From contig CAKOMW010000002.1 in NCBI GenBank assembly GCA_934096805.1, positions 139,736 through 203,735 of the forward strand: a stretch of 64,000 nucleotides of DNA, read 5' to 3'. This DNA is from an uncultured Bacilli bacterium (lineage in GTDB: Bacteria; Bacillota_I; Bacilli_A; RF39; UBA660). Made by a program: the position numbers and the translations under genes. Below the pieces are notes generated by a model. It ran no database searches, was not told the origin of the DNA, and worked only from the letters and a program-made list of their open reading frames with translations. Below are positions 17,538 through 26,772 of this stretch, in pieces; the stretch's first letter is position 1, and the number at the start of each line of letters is the position of its first letter.

Positions 17538-18833
17538 TTACTTCTGCTTCAAATTCTTTTTAATAATCAAATACTGATATGTTGTAATAAATAGGAACTG
17601 TAACAAATAAGCAATTAATAAAGCATACATATTTATATTTAGGAATAAGAGTAAGAACAAAACAATATTTTTGATAATATTACTAAACAAATTAGAGTAC
17701 ATAACGTTTTTACTCTTATTCATAGCTAAAAGAGCAGTAGCAAGTGGTCCTTGCACATATGATATTAAAAATATTATACAAGCTAGAAATAAATAATTAA
17801 GACCAATACTTTCATTGAATAAAAGCCTCATTATTGTATCTGGAAATATAAGCAATATTATTGAACATGGTATACCTATAAGTAAACTAAAAGATATTCC
17901 TTGAATAATTTTACGTTTAATTGCTTTATAGTTCTTTTCTTCATTATACTTAGTAAGAGTAGGGAGTAATGCATTACTAATCGCACCACTAAAGAAACAA
18001 GGGAGAGTTACCATAGGTATAACATACCCTGTTATGATACCATATTCTGATGTTATATATGAATTGCTATAACCTAACTTCAGAAGAACAAACGTAATAA
18101 TAATAGGTTCTAGAAACATACTAAGAGAAGATATTAATCTACCAGCAGTCGTAGGAATAGAAATGCTCATTAAATCCCTCATGTCATTAGGATCAATTAT
18201 AATATCACTTTTATGAATAGTTACTTTTTTAGGCAAAAATAGAAATAATATAAATATTGAAGCTAACTCACTTATAACATTATACAAAACAATACCACTT
18301 ATACACACTATTAAACCATACTGTAATAAATAAGGAGTTATTACAATAGTTATAATAATTCTTACAATCTGTTCAAATAAATTAGAAATAGTATGAGGGA
18401 CCATTCTTTCTTTACCAAAAAAATATCCTCTAGCAATACTAGATAAAGTAATAAAAGGAAGAGTAAAACTTATACATAATATAGGATAATATAAATCTTT
18501 ATTAGCAAGTAAATTATTACTAATAAAAGGACTTAATACTATTAATACTAAAATAATAAATATATCAAATAAAATAGCTATAGGTATAATACCAAAGACT
18601 ATTTTTTTATTATTTCTTTTGTTTTCAGATACAAGTTTGCTAATAGCAATAGGTAAGCTTAAAGTACATATTGTAATAAATAATGTAAAAGTAGGCATTA
18701 TCATCATATAAAGACCTATTCCTTCAACACCAATATATCTAGTAGTTATAATTCTAATTACTAAAGATAATATTTTAGTAATAAAACCACCAATAATAAG
18801 AATAATTGTAGACTTAATAAACTTATCTTTCAT
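17538..18833 (-). CDS. MOP-superfamily polysaccharide flippase (SpoVB/MurJ-like)
   Basis: 431 aa, about 12 TM segments, N-terminal KSTIILIIGGFITKILSLVIRIITTRYIGVEGIGLY resembles SpoVB/MurJ family. Confidence 0.65.
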   Translation of the reverse strand: MKDKFIKSTIILIIGGFITKILSLVIRIITTRYIGVEGIGLYMMIMPTFTLFITICTLSLPIAISKLVSENKRNNKKIVFGIIPIAILFDIFIILVLIVLSPFISNNLLANKDLYYPILCISFTLPFITLSSIARGYFFGKERMVPHTISNLFEQIVRIIITIVITPYLLQYGLIVCISGIVLYNVISELASIFILFLFLPKKVTIHKSDIIIDPNDMRDLMSISIPTTAGRLISSLSMFLEPIIITFVLLKLGYSNSYITSEYGIITGYVIPMVTLPCFFSGAISNALLPTLTKYNEEKNYKAIKRKIIQGISFSLLIGIPCSIILLIFPDTIMRLLFNESIGLNYLFLACIIFLISYVQGPLATALLAMNKSKNVMYSNLFSNIIKNIVLFLLLFLNINMYALLIAYLLQFLFITTYQYLIIKKNLKQK

Positions 18834-18921
18834 AATAAATTAATATGAAATCAAAAAGATAACTTGCTAAAATATTGAAAATATGTTAAATTAGTTATAG
18901 ATAATAATGAGGTGTTTTTGT

Positions 18922-21105
18922 ATGGAAGAAAAAAATAAAACAAATGATATAAAAAAGAAAAAAATAATTAAAATAACACTATATACTTTATGTTTAATAT
19001 TAATACTAGCAATAGGGTCTTTTGCAGTTTATACTGCTAATGTACCAGGTACTGCTTTAAATAAACTTTTAGTGGCATCACCTGATTTTAAATTTAATTT
19101 TACTGAGTCCAATAGTGTTACTCTAAATAATCCAAAAAATAGTGATAAACAAGACTTTAGTTTTAATGTAAAAGGTTCATCTAAAGAGACTAATTATATG
19201 TTTGATATAGACTATAGTATTTATTTAATAATAAACAAAGATAATACTATATCAAATGATAAAGTATATGTTCAGTTATTTGATAAAGATAATAAAAAGA
19301 TAACTGAGGCAACAACAATAAGTAATTTAACTAAAGTAGAAAATAAAGATAATGAGTATGTATTAAAAACAAATAATATGATACTAAGTAATCAAACAAA
19401 AACAGACAACTATATCTTAAAATATTGGTATAATTCTAATAAAGAAATAGAATACACCAAAGATAATACTAGTCAAACAGGAACATATAAAAACAATGGA
19501 ATATTTAATATGACAGTTAATGTTTCAATGAATAAGTTTGACTATGGAAAAGTAGAAAGCTTAAGTATAACAACAGCACCAACAAAAACAGTATATAATG
19601 TTGGAGAAACATTCGACCCAACAGGAATGATAATACAAGCAACACTTAATAATAATACAACCAAGAGTATAACAGATACAAATGATTTAAAAATAAATCC
19701 AAATACAACTTTAACAGCATCAGATACATCAATCACAATAACATATGCAAATAAAACAGCTACACAAGCTATTAAAGTTATAGATTTAAGTAAAGATACA
19801 AGTGGAGCAAATGCACCAGTTCTTACAAGTAATATGATACCAGTATATTATGATGACACAAATAATGTATGGAAAAAAGCAGACTCTACTAATAAGGATA
19901 GTTCTGCTATTTGGTATAATTATGATTATAAAATGTGGGCAAATGCTGTGACTGTTACAGATACAAATAGAAGTACTTATCTAAATGCAAATGCAGGTAC
20001 AGAAATAAATATAAATGATATAAATACAATGTGGGTATGGATACCAAGGTATACTTATACATATTTAAATACAAATACACCACAAGAGATAGGTATTAAG
20101 TTTGAAAATGGAACAGAAAGTACAGGTACAATAAAGTGTACTGATAATGTATCAGGAAGTGGCACAACATCACAAACATGTACAGATAGTAAAAACGGAA
20201 GTTTAAAAGTAGGAACAAGTACATATACCCATCCAGCATTTACATTTGGAGATAAAGAACTAACAGGATTATGGGTAGGTAAGTTTGAGAGTAGTGCAAC
20301 AACAATACCAACAAGTACTTCAACAACAGAATCTACAGTAATAATAAAACCAAATGTACAATCATTAAGATATAAAGCAGTATCATATTTCTTTCGCGAT
20401 GCCCGACAAATGGAGAAAGCAAATAATGTATATGGTTTTCCGCAAAGAATTAGTACATCATTTAATTGGAATGGAGAATTAATTGGAGATACAAATAATA
20501 TAGATATACATATGATGAAGAATACAGAATGGGGAGCAGTAACATATCTATCACATAGTAAGTATGGAATAAATAAAGAAATAGCATTAAATAGTAATAG
20601 TTTATATACAACAGGATGTGGACCTCAATCAAGTGGTTCAACATCATCAGGTTCAACATGTAATGCATATAATACAGAATTAGGACAAACATCAAGTACA
20701 ACAGGAAACGTATATGGTGTGTATGATATGAGTGGAGGTTCCTATGAATATACAATGGGCAATATGGTAAACTCTTCTAATCAGTTCTATGCATCAAATG
20801 CAAGTAATTGGAGTACAACAACATATCCATTATTAAAGTACTATGATAGTTATACATATAATACAAGTTATACAACATATACAAGAGGAAGATTAGGAGA
20901 TGCAACAGTAGAAATGGCACCAACAGGAAACACAGGCAATTGGTATTCAGATTACGTCAACTTTCCGTACTCGTTCAACTCTTGGTTCGAACGTGGGGGC
21001 ACCTTCGTTAATGGTACGAATGCGGGGGCTTTCAACTTCGGCAACAACAATGGTAATGCGACCAATTACTACTCGTTTCGCGTTTCTCTTGGCGCTCTGG
21101 ACTGA
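18922..21105 (+). CDS. Membrane-anchored surface protein paralog C with C-terminal FGE-sulfatase/C-type-lectin-fold domain (DGR-target-like)
   Basis: signal-anchor KKKIIKITLYTLCLILILAIGSFAVYTANVPG; FGE/CLec hallmarks GVYDMSGGSYEYTMGN and C-terminal ERGGTFVNGTNAGAFNFGNNNGNATNYYSFRVSLGAL. Confidence 0.7.
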   Translation: MEEKNKTNDIKKKKIIKITLYTLCLILILAIGSFAVYTANVPGTALNKLLVASPDFKFNFTESNSVTLNNPKNSDKQDFSFNVKGSSKETNYMFDIDYSIYLIINKDNTISNDKVYVQLFDKDNKKITEATTISNLTKVENKDNEYVLKTNNMILSNQTKTDNYILKYWYNSNKEIEYTKDNTSQTGTYKNNGIFNMTVNVSMNKFDYGKVESLSITTAPTKTVYNVGETFDPTGMIIQATLNNNTTKSITDTNDLKINPNTTLTASDTSITITYANKTATQAIKVIDLSKDTSGANAPVLTSNMIPVYYDDTNNVWKKADSTNKDSSAIWYNYDYKMWANAVTVTDTNRSTYLNANAGTEININDINTMWVWIPRYTYTYLNTNTPQEIGIKFENGTESTGTIKCTDNVSGSGTTSQTCTDSKNGSLKVGTSTYTHPAFTFGDKELTGLWVGKFESSATTIPTSTSTTESTVIIKPNVQSLRYKAVSYFFRDARQMEKANNVYGFPQRISTSFNWNGELIGDTNNIDIHMMKNTEWGAVTYLSHSKYGINKEIALNSNSLYTTGCGPQSSGSTSSGSTCNAYNTELGQTSSTTGNVYGVYDMSGGSYEYTMGNMVNSSNQFYASNASNWSTTTYPLLKYYDSYTYNTSYTTYTRGRLGDATVEMAPTGNTGNWYSDYVNFPYSFNSWFERGGTFVNGTNAGAFNFGNNNGNATNYYSFRVSLGALD
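20950..21102 (+). other. VR-like hypervariable-type block at 3' end of copy C
   Basis: about 20 of the last 47 codons are NNC (aac, ttc, tac, ggc, acc) and G/C-ending codons otherwise rare in this genome are abundant (gcg, ccg, acg, tcg, ggg, cgc). Confidence 0.45.
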
Positions 21106-21340
21106 CGAAGTCAGTCAACTCTGTGGGTAGGAAGATGATTGAATTGGTCATTTCTTTCGAATTATAATGTTTGTGACCAAGCAACGTTGGTGTCAGTTCG
21201 GGCTCTGTTTTCCCCGAACTGACCCTGTTCGAAGAACAGGCAGTGCATAAAATAAGATATGTGAAAATAAAAAGAAGAGGTATGAGGGTTATACTTTTGG
21301 TTTCCTTTAGGGAACCAAAAGTTGGTTGAATTTTGTTCTT
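21096..21340 (+). other. GC-rich structured intergenic island with three hairpins, two carrying GAA triloops
   Basis: gactgac-gaa-gtcagtc overlapping the stop codon; gtcagttcggg-ctctgttttc-cccgaactgac; cctgttc-gaa-gaacagg; acttttggtttcc-ttta-gggaaccaaaagt. Confidence 0.45.
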
Positions 21341-21491
21341 TGGAGTCTTTTGATTTTATAAAGCTTATCGAAAATAATAATTGAGGATTATGTTATATTG
21401 GACATAATTCTTTTTTTAGTTCCTTTATGAAAATAATCTTCACTAATAAAAAAATAATACAATATCTTATTTAAAATACATATAATTAATT

Positions 21492-22418
21492 ATGAAATAT
21501 AAGTATCTTTTTTTTGTTCTTATTTTAAGTATAATTATATATTTTATTTATAATACATCTGGTTTTTATATAGGTCTTTTTAATATCTTAAAACAAATTA
21601 TTATTCCTATATTATTATCTTTCTTTTTTGCTTTTAGTTTTTATCCATTATATAAATTACTATGTAATAAAATAAATAGATATTTATCATTATCTATTAT
21701 TTTAATAAGTGTACTTTTTATATTTTTTTTAATGTTTTATTATTCATTTCCTCTTATATATGATGAATTTATTATATTAATTGATTATTTTGATATAAAG
21801 ATTATTAATTATATATATGATTATATAAATATAAATTTTATTACTAAGTCTATTGGTTTATTTACTAGTTTTATATTTGTTTTATTTCTTACTTTTTATT
21901 TTTTATTTTATTTTGATAGAATTATTCTTTTTATCAAGAGTTTATTTAAGTCTAAGTATTATAATTTATTATCTAATATTTATGATGATTTAAATAATTA
22001 TTTTAAAGGTTTTTATCTTCTTATGTTTATAGAAATAATAGAATATTTAATAATATATTATGTAATAGGGCATCCACTTTTTTTAATTCTTGCAGTTTTA
22101 AGTGGAGTAACTAGTATTGTTCCTTATATTGGTGCTTTACTAACTAATTTAATTGCTCTTATTACTAGTTTATCGATATCAAAAGAATTATTTATTTTAA
22201 CTGCTATTAGTATGATAGTAGTGCCAATATTAAACAACTATTTAGTGGAAGTAAAAATATACTCAAATAAGGTTAAATTACCTGTTATAGGTATAATTGT
22301 GTCTATGGTTGTTTTTAGTGCTATATTCGGGGTATATGGGGTAATATTCTGTATACCAATGTATATAGTATTTAAAAATATATTTAATTTTCTTTATTCT
22401 GGAAATAACCATTTATAA
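21492..22418 (+). CDS. AI-2E family (UPF0118/PerM-like) transporter
   Basis: 308 aa, 7-8 TM segments, conserved C-terminal VPYIGALLTNLIALITSL motif. Confidence 0.55.
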   Translation: MKYKYLFFVLILSIIIYFIYNTSGFYIGLFNILKQIIIPILLSFFFAFSFYPLYKLLCNKINRYLSLSIILISVLFIFFLMFYYSFPLIYDEFIILIDYFDIKIINYIYDYININFITKSIGLFTSFIFVLFLTFYFLFYFDRIILFIKSLFKSKYYNLLSNIYDDLNNYFKGFYLLMFIEIIEYLIIYYVIGHPLFLILAVLSGVTSIVPYIGALLTNLIALITSLSISKELFILTAISMIVVPILNNYLVEVKIYSNKVKLPVIGIIVSMVVFSAIFGVYGVIFCIPMYIVFKNIFNFLYSGNNHL

Positions 22419-22917
22419 CCATTTTACTTTCATTAACAACAATAAATGCTTCTTTATCAAATCTTCTAATTAATCTATTTAAACTACTTAAATTATTTTT
22501 ATCAGTTTCAATGAATAATAAGTTCATATCTCTTTTTTTAGTATTACCTTTAATATCCATAATTGATACAGCATATCCTTTTTCATATAATCTAGATAAC
22601 ATATCTGGATAGGCTTCATCTGTTATTACTTGAACAGTATAGTTTCCTTTTATAAAATGAGCAGATATTAATCCACCAACATAAGTACCACTGGCGAAAC
22701 CTAAGGCATAGCTAATTCCTATTAAAATACTAGAACTATCAGTATTAATAGCTTCTTTTACTACTAGAAACCATATTAATACTTCAAAAAAACCTATTAT
22801 ACTAGCATCTCTATAATTACCTTTTACTGTTACTAATGTTCTAAAAGTACCAAGCGAAACATCAAGTACTCTTGCCAAAAATATTTTAAAACATAATAAA
22901 AACATAATAATCACCAT
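22384..22917 (-). CDS. UPF0316/DUF2179-type membrane protein
   Basis: LDVSLGTFRTLVTVKGNYRDASIIGFFEVLIWFLVVKEAI N-terminal membrane module followed by a soluble domain; family assignment is tentative. Confidence 0.45.
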   Translation of the reverse strand: MVIIMFLLCFKIFLARVLDVSLGTFRTLVTVKGNYRDASIIGFFEVLIWFLVVKEAINTDSSSILIGISYALGFASGTYVGGLISAHFIKGNYTVQVITDEAYPDMLSRLYEKGYAVSIMDIKGNTKKRDMNLLFIETDKNNLSSLNRLIRRFDKEAFIVVNESKMVINGYFQNKEN

Positions 22918-22958
22918 TATTATGTTGTATAATTTTGAATTTTTTAAACTAAAAAGTA

Positions 22959-23054
22959 TTAATATCCTAAATAAGATACTACAATTGCCACAGTTGAACC
23001 TAAAATAGCAATTAACATTATATATGTCATAATTTTTTGAAATTTCTTATTCAT
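22959..23054 (-). CDS. 31-aa hydrophobic peptide (MNKKFQKIMTYIMLIAILGSTVAIVVSYLGY)
   Basis: consensus RBS ggagga 9 nt upstream; single TM segment; immediately upstream of 22384-22917. Confidence 0.3.
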   Translation of the reverse strand: MNKKFQKIMTYIMLIAILGSTVAIVVSYLGY

Positions 23055-23158
23055 AGCATTTCCTCCATGTAACAATTGTACCATTTCTTAAAACATATGT
23101 CAAAATTAATTGGTTACAATTTTTAATAAATAATAGTTTATTTAATAGAATTAATTAG

Positions 23159-23809
23159 GTGATTGTGATGAAAATGAGATTAAAAAATAGTACTAAACGT
23201 TTTAAAAAATATAAAATAAACATAAAACTAACTAAAAAAAATATCTTTATATTTCTTATCTCATTCTTAATAATTAGTTTTATATGTGGTATAATATTTT
23301 ACCTTTATTTAAATAATTCAGATAAAGATATAATAAATAAAAATATAAGTAATTACTTTGTCTTAAAAGATAGTTATAATTATGTTAATTTATTTTTTAA
23401 AAGTAGTTTTAATAACATAATAAATAGTTCAATTATATGGTTACTTGGTATTAGTGTAATAGGAATAGTAGTAGTTCTTTTCATATTCTTTTCTTCATTT
23501 TTTAGTCTAGGATTTAGTATGAGTGCAATTATTGGTTTATATGGTGCCAAAGGAATCGGAGGATTACTTTGCTATTTACTATTTTCTAGATGTTTATTTC
23601 TGATTAATATATTTATTCTTACTTTTTTTTCTATTAATATATCTATTAAAATATTTAAGATATGTTTTTTAAAGGATGAAATAAATATTAAAGAAGAAAT
23701 AAAAAAATATTATAAAATACTTATTTTATCACTTTGTATAAGTATTATATGTAGCATTTTAGAAATATTTGTAGATCCATTCATGATAAAACTATTTAAC
23801 TTAATTTAA
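23159..23809 (+). CDS. SpoIIM-like integral membrane protein
   Basis: 216 aa, about 5 TM segments, size and topology of stage II sporulation protein M; B. subtilis-like neighbourhood (spoIIM ... xerD-deoB). Confidence 0.45.
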   Translation: MIVMKMRLKNSTKRFKKYKINIKLTKKNIFIFLISFLIISFICGIIFYLYLNNSDKDIINKNISNYFVLKDSYNYVNLFFKSSFNNIINSSIIWLLGISVIGIVVVLFIFFSSFFSLGFSMSAIIGLYGAKGIGGLLCYLLFSRCLFLINIFILTFFSINISIKIFKICFLKDEINIKEEIKKYYKILILSLCISIICSILEIFVDPFMIKLFNLI

Positions 23810-23856
23810 ACTTTATTTTTATATGATTTTATAGTATAATTATGTCGGTGATACAA

Positions 23857-24960
23857 ATGAAACGAGTAGTAATAGGAATGTCTGGGGGAGTAGACTCATC
23901 AGTTGCTGCAATTATCCTAAAAAACAAAGGCTATGATGTAGTAGGACTTTTTATGAGAAACTGGGATAGCTTAATAAACAATGATATAAAAGGGAATCCA
24001 ACTCTAAATGAAAATATTTGCACTCAAGAGCAAGATTATAATGATGCTTTAAAAGTCTGTAAACAAATAGGTATAGAGTTACACAGAGTTGATTTTGTCA
24101 AAGAATACTGGGATTATGTCTTTACTTATTTTTTAGACGAATTAAAAAAGGGTAGGACTCCTAACCCTGATGTTATGTGCAATAAATATATAAAGTTTGA
24201 TTTATTTAAAAAAGAAGCCCTAAAACTAGGAGCAGATTACATTGCAACTGGTCACTATGCTAGAATAATTGATAATAATCTCTATAAAGGAATAGATAAG
24301 AATAAAGACCAATCATATTTTCTAGCACAACTTTCTAAAGAACAACTAGAAAATGTTTTATTCCCAATTGGTGACTTAGAAAAACCTGAAGTTAGAAAGA
24401 TTGCATTAGAATATGATTTAGTTACCGCGAAAAAGAAAGACTCTACAGGAATATGTTTTATTGGTGAAAGACATTTTAGAGAGTTCCTAAGCAACTATTT
24501 ACCTAATCAACCAGGTAAAATTGTTAATATAGAAACTAATGAAGTACTTGGTAACCATATTGGACTTATGCACTATACAATTGGACAGAGAAGGGGACTT
24601 AACGTCGGAGGAACTGAAGATAGGATGTTTGTTGTTGGTAAAAATTTAGATAAAAACGTTCTTTATGTTGCAATCGGAGAAAACAACAAATATTTATACT
24701 CTGACAGTTGTATAATTGATAATTTAGTAATTAATTATGAAGAACAATTAGAAGAATGTAATGCAAAATTTCGTTATAGAAGCAATGATATAAAAGTAAA
24801 AATCAAAAAACTAGATAATGATAACTTATTAGTTTCTTATGATGATGTAAAATCAGTTACTCCAGGTCAAGTTTGTGCTTTATACATTGATGATAGATGT
24901 ATCGGAAGCGGAATTATAAAAGAAGTCAGAAAAAATGGAAAGAAACTTTGGTATCTATAA
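23857..24960 (+). CDS. mnmA: tRNA-specific 2-thiouridylase MnmA
   Basis: PP-loop VVIGMSGGVDSSVAA; catalytic Cys pair; C-terminal beta-barrel domain. Confidence 0.9.
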   Translation: MKRVVIGMSGGVDSSVAAIILKNKGYDVVGLFMRNWDSLINNDIKGNPTLNENICTQEQDYNDALKVCKQIGIELHRVDFVKEYWDYVFTYFLDELKKGRTPNPDVMCNKYIKFDLFKKEALKLGADYIATGHYARIIDNNLYKGIDKNKDQSYFLAQLSKEQLENVLFPIGDLEKPEVRKIALEYDLVTAKKKDSTGICFIGERHFREFLSNYLPNQPGKIVNIETNEVLGNHIGLMHYTIGQRRGLNVGGTEDRMFVVGKNLDKNVLYVAIGENNKYLYSDSCIIDNLVINYEEQLEECNAKFRYRSNDIKVKIKKLDNDNLLVSYDDVKSVTPGQVCALYIDDRCIGSGIIKEVRKNGKKLWYL

Positions 24961-24989
24961 AAAGTCATTAATATTATAATGGCTTTTTA
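24961..24989 (+). terminator. terminator after mnmA
   Basis: aaagtcatta-atat-taatggcttt + tttt. Confidence 0.55.
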
Positions 24990-25000
24990 CTTTGCAACAC

Positions 25001-25029
25001 TTGACATTTGTTGACACTGGTGTTAGAAT
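25001..25029 (+). promoter_or_regulatory. sigma-A promoter TTGACA-17-TAGAAT
   Basis: ttgaca tttgttgacactggtgt tagaat. Confidence 0.55.
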
Positions 25030-25060
25030 TAAATTATACAAAATAAGGAGGTTACTTTAT

Positions 25061-25834
25061 ATGAACGAAGTAAACAGAATAATTAATGAAAGTGGAATAT
25101 CAAAGGTAAGTGTAGCTAAATTTTTAGGAGTTTCTCGTCAAATGTTATATAATTATTTAGCTCTTTCTTCATTAGAAGAATTACCAAAAGATAAAGAAAA
25201 TAGATTACTACTTTTTCTTGGTGTAGAAAAAGAAGATGAGTTAAAAAATATCAAGGTTAATGAAAAATACATCAAAGAATTAGAAGCAAAAATATCTGAT
25301 GGAATAGTTGACAATGCTAGAGAACAAATAACTGATTTCAAAGGCTTAAGTAAAAAAGAACAATCTTTACTTACCGATTTATTTGTTTATTTAAAAGAAA
25401 AAATAACTGAAGACAATGAAACAAATACTGAAGTTAATTACCAAACATTAAAGTATTTATTAAACTATTTACAAGCTATGGACCAAATGGAAGAATTAAA
25501 ATATATTTTAGCATATTTTGCTAAAACTAACTGTGCCACTAACGTAAATGAATTTATATATGATGAGGATAAACAATATATTTTTGAAGGCATTTTCTAC
25601 TCTGCTATGACGCTTTATTCGAGTAGGGGAGCATCACGTAGTAAAGTAGCAGAACAACATAAAAAGTTTGAAATAGAAATTGCTAAAAAACAAGAAGACA
25701 AATTAAGTAGAACTGAAGAACTATTTACTTTAAGAAAACAAGCTTTACAAGAACTTGGTTATTCTTCAATTAATGAGGCAAATGGAAAAGAAGTTTTTGA
25801 AAAAATTGCTGAAATTATGTCTAGAAAACTTTAA
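25061..25834 (+). CDS. HTH (XRE-like) domain protein
   Basis: RBS aaggaggt; N-terminal ISKVSVAKFLGVSRQMLYNY helix-turn-helix. Confidence 0.55.
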   Translation: MNEVNRIINESGISKVSVAKFLGVSRQMLYNYLALSSLEELPKDKENRLLLFLGVEKEDELKNIKVNEKYIKELEAKISDGIVDNAREQITDFKGLSKKEQSLLTDLFVYLKEKITEDNETNTEVNYQTLKYLLNYLQAMDQMEELKYILAYFAKTNCATNVNEFIYDEDKQYIFEGIFYSAMTLYSSRGASRSKVAEQHKKFEIEIAKKQEDKLSRTEELFTLRKQALQELGYSSINEANGKEVFEKIAEIMSRKL

Positions 25835-25885
25835 TATAATTAAATACGAATATTTTATAAAATTATTATGCTTATAATTTAAATC

Positions 25886-25911
25886 AAGATGGATAATCCA
25901 TCCATCTTTTT
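25886..25911 (+). terminator. rho-independent terminator
   Basis: aagatggat-aatcc-atccatctt + ttttaa. Confidence 0.6.
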
Positions 25912-26297
25912 AACTGTCGATTTAAATTACAGCACTCTATCTTCTCCTAAAAAAGTATACACTCCCCCTACTTCATTAAATTTGAAAAAGAGAGTAGTAT
26001 CCTAAATTAAATTATGGTATAGATGGATTAGAAATCAGACATATCTATAATAGTATTTATTGTTTTTTGTGTTTTTTTAATAGTTTTAGCATTTAAATTT
26101 TTTATATTTTAAAACTCATAATGAAATAAAAATTAATGATAGATATTTGGAAAAAGAAGCTGAACTTAAAGAATTAAGAGAACATAATATTAATATATAT
26201 AAAGAAGAAAATAATCAAAAAGAAGATGAAATATAGCTCATCTTCTTATCTTTTTTCTATCAAAACACAACTTCCGATAATTGATATTATGACATTT

Positions 26298-26744
26298 TTA
26301 CTCAATTTGACTAGTTATGTCTTTACTAGTAATATTAAATTTAATGTGATTTTCAACTACTCCAGAATAGAAATATAACTCATATATTTCTTTTTTAGTA
26401 ATATTATACTCTAATATATATGGTACAGTTTGATTATTTTTTATTATATTACTATTGTTAATATAAGTATTAGGTACTTGTACTTTATTGATATCATAAA
26501 GTTTAAAAGACTTATCACTATCAATAGTAATAGTGCTGCCAGTTTTATTAGTTATGTTTAATTTAATGTTTAGTTTTTTATTAGTTTCATCATATATGAC
26601 TTCATATATTTTCAAGTTAATTTTATCTGCAGTTGCATCTTCATTAACTGAATATTCTGGTTTTATTGGTATCTTTTTATCGCATCCTATTACAAGTAAA
26701 CAAACAGACAAAGCAATTAACGAGATTAAAATTTTTTTAATAAT
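26298..26744 (-). CDS. lipoprotein (GTG start, lipobox LVIGC)
   Basis: extended N-terminus VILLKKILISLIALSVCLLVIGCDKK with RBS gggag. Confidence 0.5.
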   Translation of the reverse strand: MIKKILISLIALSVCLLVIGCDKKIPIKPEYSVNEDATADKINLKIYEVIYDETNKKLNIKLNITNKTGSTITIDSDKSFKLYDINKVQVPNTYINNSNIIKNNQTVPYILEYNITKKEIYELYFYSGVVENHIKFNITSKDITSQIE

Positions 26745-26772
26745 ATCACGCTCCCTTTTTTATTATATTTTT

